Shown here: positions 60,141 to 64,000 of the stretch, one piece after another | How positions within the stretch are numbered: position 1 is the first letter of the stretch | Layout: every line of letters begins with the position of its first letter | NCBI GenBank assembly: GCA_001179505.1 | Contig: CDMY01000350.1 | Location: 42,544-106,543 of the forward strand | From: Vitrella brassicaformis CCMP3155 | Lineage: Eukaryota > Protista > Chromerida | Length of the DNA stretch: 64,000 bases | Direction of reading: 5' to 3' | The notes under the pieces: generated by a model | What the model was told of the DNA's origin: nothing | Databases searched by the model: none | The model's input: the letters and a program-made list of their open reading frames with translations, nothing else | Made by a program: the position numbers and the translations under genes

Positions 60141-61274
60141 TCACCCCACCACCCTCCCCCTATCGATGACGGCACTCTCGAGGCCGAATGGCCGCAGCAG
60201 ACGGCGAGCGGCACCAGCCGACTCGGGGTAGCGGTCGGCGACCGGCTGAGACCGATCAGCCACATGTGCCTCGGTCGTGTACAGATGGATGATGTCCGAC
60301 CATACATACAGATAGGCAGCGACGGTCTCTCCCGGTCTGTGGCCGCTCACAATCACATTGCGAAAGTCAATCGGATCAGCAGCATTCAGATTGCCCCCAT
60401 AGGCATCGATACCCTGATCCTCTGTGATGGCATCGGTCAGTAGACGGCCATAGCGAGGGTCGCCCCTGCCGATGACTGCACGCAGCACCATCCTGTGACG
60501 CACTCCTTCTCCATTCGACCACCAGCGGAGCAGCTTGTGCAACAGAAACGCCGAGAAGGAGGGGTAGAGCCATGCGCTCCAGCGGATGACGGGGTCGGTC
60601 CGCTTGTAGCTCTCGGCATAGCGATGGCCTCCCGGCAGCTCACCCAACGGCACCACACGAAATGGACCAGAATTGCCGATCCGATAGCTCCCGTTGTCGG
60701 CTTGCTGCAGCGCCCGGCTGTTGAATCCGTATGTCAGCAGGTGGCGGAACAGCCGACAGATGGCCATGGCGAGTGGCATCCGATGGGAGGCCGTTGCTCT
60801 GGGCAATGCGTCAGCCGACAGACATAGAGGCAGCCCATTGTGTGTGAGCATGTGGCCGAACAGCCGATAGATGGCCATGGCCAATGGCAGCTGGTGGAAT
60901 GCCGTCCTGCTGGGAAGGTGGGCTGCAAGCCACTGAGCCGACAGCAGCAGGGGCAGCCCATTGGCAGGCGTCAGCCGATAGATGGCGGCCAGCCGGATGA
61001 ACCGCCCCATCCCCGGCCACTCGTTGCTGCCCTGCTCCAGCACATAGGCCGCCCGCAGCACATAGGTGAATGGGAGAGGGGCGGTGCGGTCGATGTCGAT
61101 GAGGCCGGTGAGTGAGTGGCGGCCGAGGGAGCCGTCGATGCGCTCCACCAGCAGCGCGGCGGTCACTAGAGCCGCCTTCGCCCGGCAGGCCGCTCGGACA
61201 CAGACCGCCTCATGGACGAGAAGGGACGGCAGAATGCGCCCGAGCCATAGGTCGTCGGGCACCAAATCAGACAT
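60141..61274 (-). CDS. Family A copy A11 (F-box-like MSDLVPDDLWLGRILPSLLVHE), intact, with an internal duplication
   Basis: Uninterrupted ORF of ~377 aa. Confidence 0.85.
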   Translation of the reverse strand: MSDLVPDDLWLGRILPSLLVHEAVCVRAACRAKAALVTAALLVERIDGSLGRHSLTGLIDIDRTAPLPFTYVLRAAYVLEQGSNEWPGMGRFIRLAAIYRLTPANGLPLLLSAQWLAAHLPSRTAFHQLPLAMAIYRLFGHMLTHNGLPLCLSADALPRATASHRMPLAMAICRLFRHLLTYGFNSRALQQADNGSYRIGNSGPFRVVPLGELPGGHRYAESYKRTDPVIRWSAWLYPSFSAFLLHKLLRWWSNGEGVRHRMVLRAVIGRGDPRYGRLLTDAITEDQGIDAYGGNLNAADPIDFRNVIVSGHRPGETVAAYLYVWSDIIHLYTTEAHVADRSQPVADRYPESAGAARRLLRPFGLESAVIDRGRVVG

Positions 61275-61830
61275 CTTCACTCACTCAGTCAGCAGATGGC
61301 AGCCACCTTCCAGACAGCACAAGGACACACACAAGGAAGCAGAAAGCAAATGCATTTTGAATGGGCCAGGTCTGCATGGCGTGCGTGGTTCTTCTCTCAT
61401 CCTTCATAAGCTGACCAACTGCCTTGCACAATAAGGGAAGCCTCTGTCTGGTCACTCGCAAAGATCAAGGGGCCTCCGACCTGCCTAAAAATACAGAAAT
61501 CATACCAGCTGGTATTCCTCATGCCATCAGGCCCTCCCTCCCGCCCTCTCGAACCTCATAGAGGAGGTGGCAGAATGTGTGTGGATCGACAGCATGACAG
61601 CAGCTCTTTGTGTGTATTTGTCATTTCTGGGCGAAGAGATCTGCAACCAAGCTTGCAGATGGATCGCCTTCCCGTCGGGAGAGATTTCGAACCTCTGGAG
61701 CCACTCAGTGAGGGTAAAGGGCCGCAAGAAAAGCAGATGAAGAGTAAGAGCGCTTCACGAGCTGTTTGTGTTTGTCCTGTGTCTGCAGATCTCTCAAACC
61801 CCGCTTCGCTGAGACCTCAGGACACTCCCG

Positions 61831-62958
61831 ATGCAGCCCACTGGTGCGGCGCCGTCGTCCCGTCCCGCCAGCCCTGCCCTCTTCCAGCCCGCCGACCTCT
61901 TTGACCTGTCATTGCCCATCAGCAAGATGGCCGCCATGGCCATGGCGACTGACGATGCCAAACGAGCCGCTCTCCGCTCGCAGATCGCCACCCGCACTCG
62001 GCAACAGGAGCTGCTGGGCCACACTGCGGAGACCGTCAACAGCACCCTGCTCAACGCCGTCCAGCAGCACATCGACAAGGCCCTCACTCGTCTGGGCCTT
62101 CAAGACGTGTTGGCCTTCGACATTGGCGGTGATGTGGAGGCCGGCTTGAAGGCGGTCTATGTGTTGGAGCGGGGCAGTGGCGAGGAGTGGCGGGCGATGG
62201 GGCGATTCCTTCGGCTGGCCTTCATCTACCGGCTCACCCCCTATGGGACGCGGCCCCTCCGGCTGTCGGCCGACTCGCTGCCCACAGCAATGGCCTTCCA
62301 CCAGCTGCCACTCGCCCTGGCCCTCTACAAGATCATCGGCCACCTACTCATACGCGGAGGGATCAGCCTGGCGCTGCAGCAAACCGACAACGGCCACTAT
62401 CGCATCGGCGGTGTGGGTCTGTTTCGTGTGGTGCCATTGGGTGAGCTGCCGGGCGGCCATCGCTATGCTGAGGGCTACAAGCTGACCGACCCCGCCATCC
62501 GCTGGGGCATCCTACTCATTCCCTCATTCTCGGCATTCCTGCTGTACGGGCTGCTTTCCTGGTGGTGTGATGGAGAGGGGGCGGGCAAGAAGATGGTGCT
62601 GTTGGCACACATCGGCCGTGGCAACGCTCGTCATCGCCGTCTGCTAAGCGACGACATCACAGAGGATTTGGGCATCGCTGTCGACTATCGCAATGACGGG
62701 GGCGATCTGAATCATGCTGATCCGATTGACTTTCGTAGTGTGATTGTCAGCGGCTGGCGATCCAACGAGACCGTCGCTGTCCACCTGTATGTGGGGAATG
62801 GCTCGATCATTCTGCACACGACCGAGCCATCTGCTGCCCATCGGTCTCATCCGCCCGCCGACCGCTACTCTGTGTCGGTTGGTGCCGCCCGCCGTCTGCT
62901 GCGGCCATTCGGTCTCGAGACTGATGTTATCGACAGGGGAAGGGTGGTGATGGAGTGA
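61831..62958 (+). CDS. Family A copy A12 (MQPT-type), intact 375 aa, head-to-head with A11
   Basis: Uninterrupted ORF. 5'UTR intron gtgagg...ctgcag as in the other MQPT copies. Confidence 0.85.
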   Translation: MQPTGAAPSSRPASPALFQPADLFDLSLPISKMAAMAMATDDAKRAALRSQIATRTRQQELLGHTAETVNSTLLNAVQQHIDKALTRLGLQDVLAFDIGGDVEAGLKAVYVLERGSGEEWRAMGRFLRLAFIYRLTPYGTRPLRLSADSLPTAMAFHQLPLALALYKIIGHLLIRGGISLALQQTDNGHYRIGGVGLFRVVPLGELPGGHRYAEGYKLTDPAIRWGILLIPSFSAFLLYGLLSWWCDGEGAGKKMVLLAHIGRGNARHRRLLSDDITEDLGIAVDYRNDGGDLNHADPIDFRSVIVSGWRSNETVAVHLYVGNGSIILHTTEPSAAHRSHPPADRYSVSVGAARRLLRPFGLETDVIDRGRVVME

Positions 62959-63781
62959 GGGCTGCTGGCTGGCTGGCGATGGGATGCTGCTGGTTTGTTT
63001 ATTTAGTGGGTAGAGAGGGTCTGCCTGTGTGTCTGACGAGTAGCGGTGGAAGGAAAGTGAGTGTATTTGGAATGGGTTACGTGCTTTCATTGCATTTGTG
63101 CCGTGAATGGGAGAATGTTCTAGTTGCCGAGTGGCAGGTATAGCGCGGTGCACTGCGGCTCGACGCAGATGAACATTGACTGTTCGGGAATTGACCGACC
63201 GACGGTGTGTTTCTTTTTGGTGCATTTGGTCGGGTGTATCCTGTTGACAAAGACTGACGGACAGACACCTGGGGATTTGTCCGTTCGATGGCCGTGTGGA
63301 GTGTGTCTGACATAGACGTGTGTGTGTATGCCAGCAGGTGTGGTGTTTGGGTGTGCTGATCTGATCTGTGTTAGCGTCTGACTGATGGATGGATGTATGG
63401 CTCGGCTCCATCAGCAGGACAGGACGCTCTTCATTCATTCACGTGTGCCCTCCCTCCCTCCCTTCAGACACACACACAGGTCGGTAACTAAAGCCATTCA
63501 CCACTCACACCAGGCATTCCCAACACGCAGTCAAGGGAAGGGAAGCTGCACATACGGAGCACATGGCAACAGACCCGCTAAAGGCCCCAGGCAAGCAGAC
63601 GGGCAGACCAACAGAGCCGTTGCCTACCTGTCTGTCTGTCTGTCTGTCTCCCCCCCTACTAATCGTCAACCAGCCCTCTGTCGTGGACAATCGACACACT
63701 TACGGAAAGCCCCCGATCACATCACAGTGCATCTGCACTTGTTGGCCGTCGCTCGCCTATCGTACACCTCCCACGACCACT

Positions 63782-64000
63782 TCATGCCCCACACTGCGCC
63801 CCCAGCACTCTCGTCACGACAGAGCGTGTGTGGTCGAAGGGGGCCGATTCGGTCGTGGAGATGAAAATGTCCCGTCGCATCTCCCGATGGCCAACCTGAA
63901 TGGCCGCCATGTGCCCCTCGCCCATCACCTCACTGCCGAACACCACCAGCCGATCACACCCCCCACTGATCAGCGGCTTCTCGAACACGGTCGCCCCCGC
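63782..64000 (-). CDS. Family B copy B6, C-terminal end (continues beyond the window)
   Basis: DRLVVFGSEVMGEGHMAAIQV..IFISTTESAPFDHTRSVVTRVLG, followed by the conserved family B 3' motif. Confidence 0.8.
   Translation of the reverse strand, partial: AGATVFEKPLISGGCDRLVVFGSEVMGEGHMAAIQVGHREMRRDIFISTTESAPFDHTRSVVTRVLGAQCGA

Noticed and set aside
13421-62485. Recurrent antisense and alternative-frame ORFs over A genes (e.g. MSKANTSARPRR..., MRRPRPVPPALP...)
   Set aside because: They recur only because the A genes are near-identical and GC-rich. Their starts and stops vary between copies, so they are shadow ORFs.
3478-64000. A/B genes as an autonomous transposon or endogenous virus
   Set aside because: No transposase, reverse transcriptase, integrase, Rep/helicase or capsid motif, and no terminal inverted repeats or target-site duplications could be identified in this window.
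1-64000. CRISPR array, rRNA or prokaryotic operon
   Set aside because: No regularly spaced repeat-spacer array or rRNA signature; the window is spliceosomal-intron-rich eukaryotic DNA.

Overview
Eukaryotic, GC-rich, intron-dense genomic window. Its short introns are packed with (CA)n/(GA)n/(GTCT)n/(GATG)n microsatellites, and it contains two 300-N scaffold gaps. The style suggests a chromerid alveolate such as Vitrella brassicaformis (inference, not checked). Ordinary spliced genes: a BTB-TLDc-TLDc gene carrying a nonsense codon, an unknown single-pass membrane protein, an AAAP/SLC38-type amino-acid transporter, a cluster of degenerate kinase-like/CK1-like/AAA_33 exons, an HLD-type Ser/Thr kinase, a discoidin + TCAF/M60-like metallopeptidase, an SVOP-like MFS transporter, a secreted Kelch protein and a WD40/Pro-rich protein. 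There is also a tRNA-Leu(CAA) followed by a telomere-like G-tract. Interspersed among these are two uncharacterised, distantly related, nearly intronless multicopy families: family A (12 copies, ~365-380 aa) and family B (6 copies or fragments). They share a co-linear core but carry exchangeable N-termini (F-box-like, BC-box-like, or a 'MQPT' helical module). They recur as a head-to-head cassette (MQPT-type A facing an F-box-like partner) with a conserved bidirectional spacer, and show extensive birth-and-death, mosaicism and fusion. This cassette is the best candidate for an undescribed system, such as a toxin-antidote or paired-sensor module using cullin-RING adaptors. That function is a hypothesis only.
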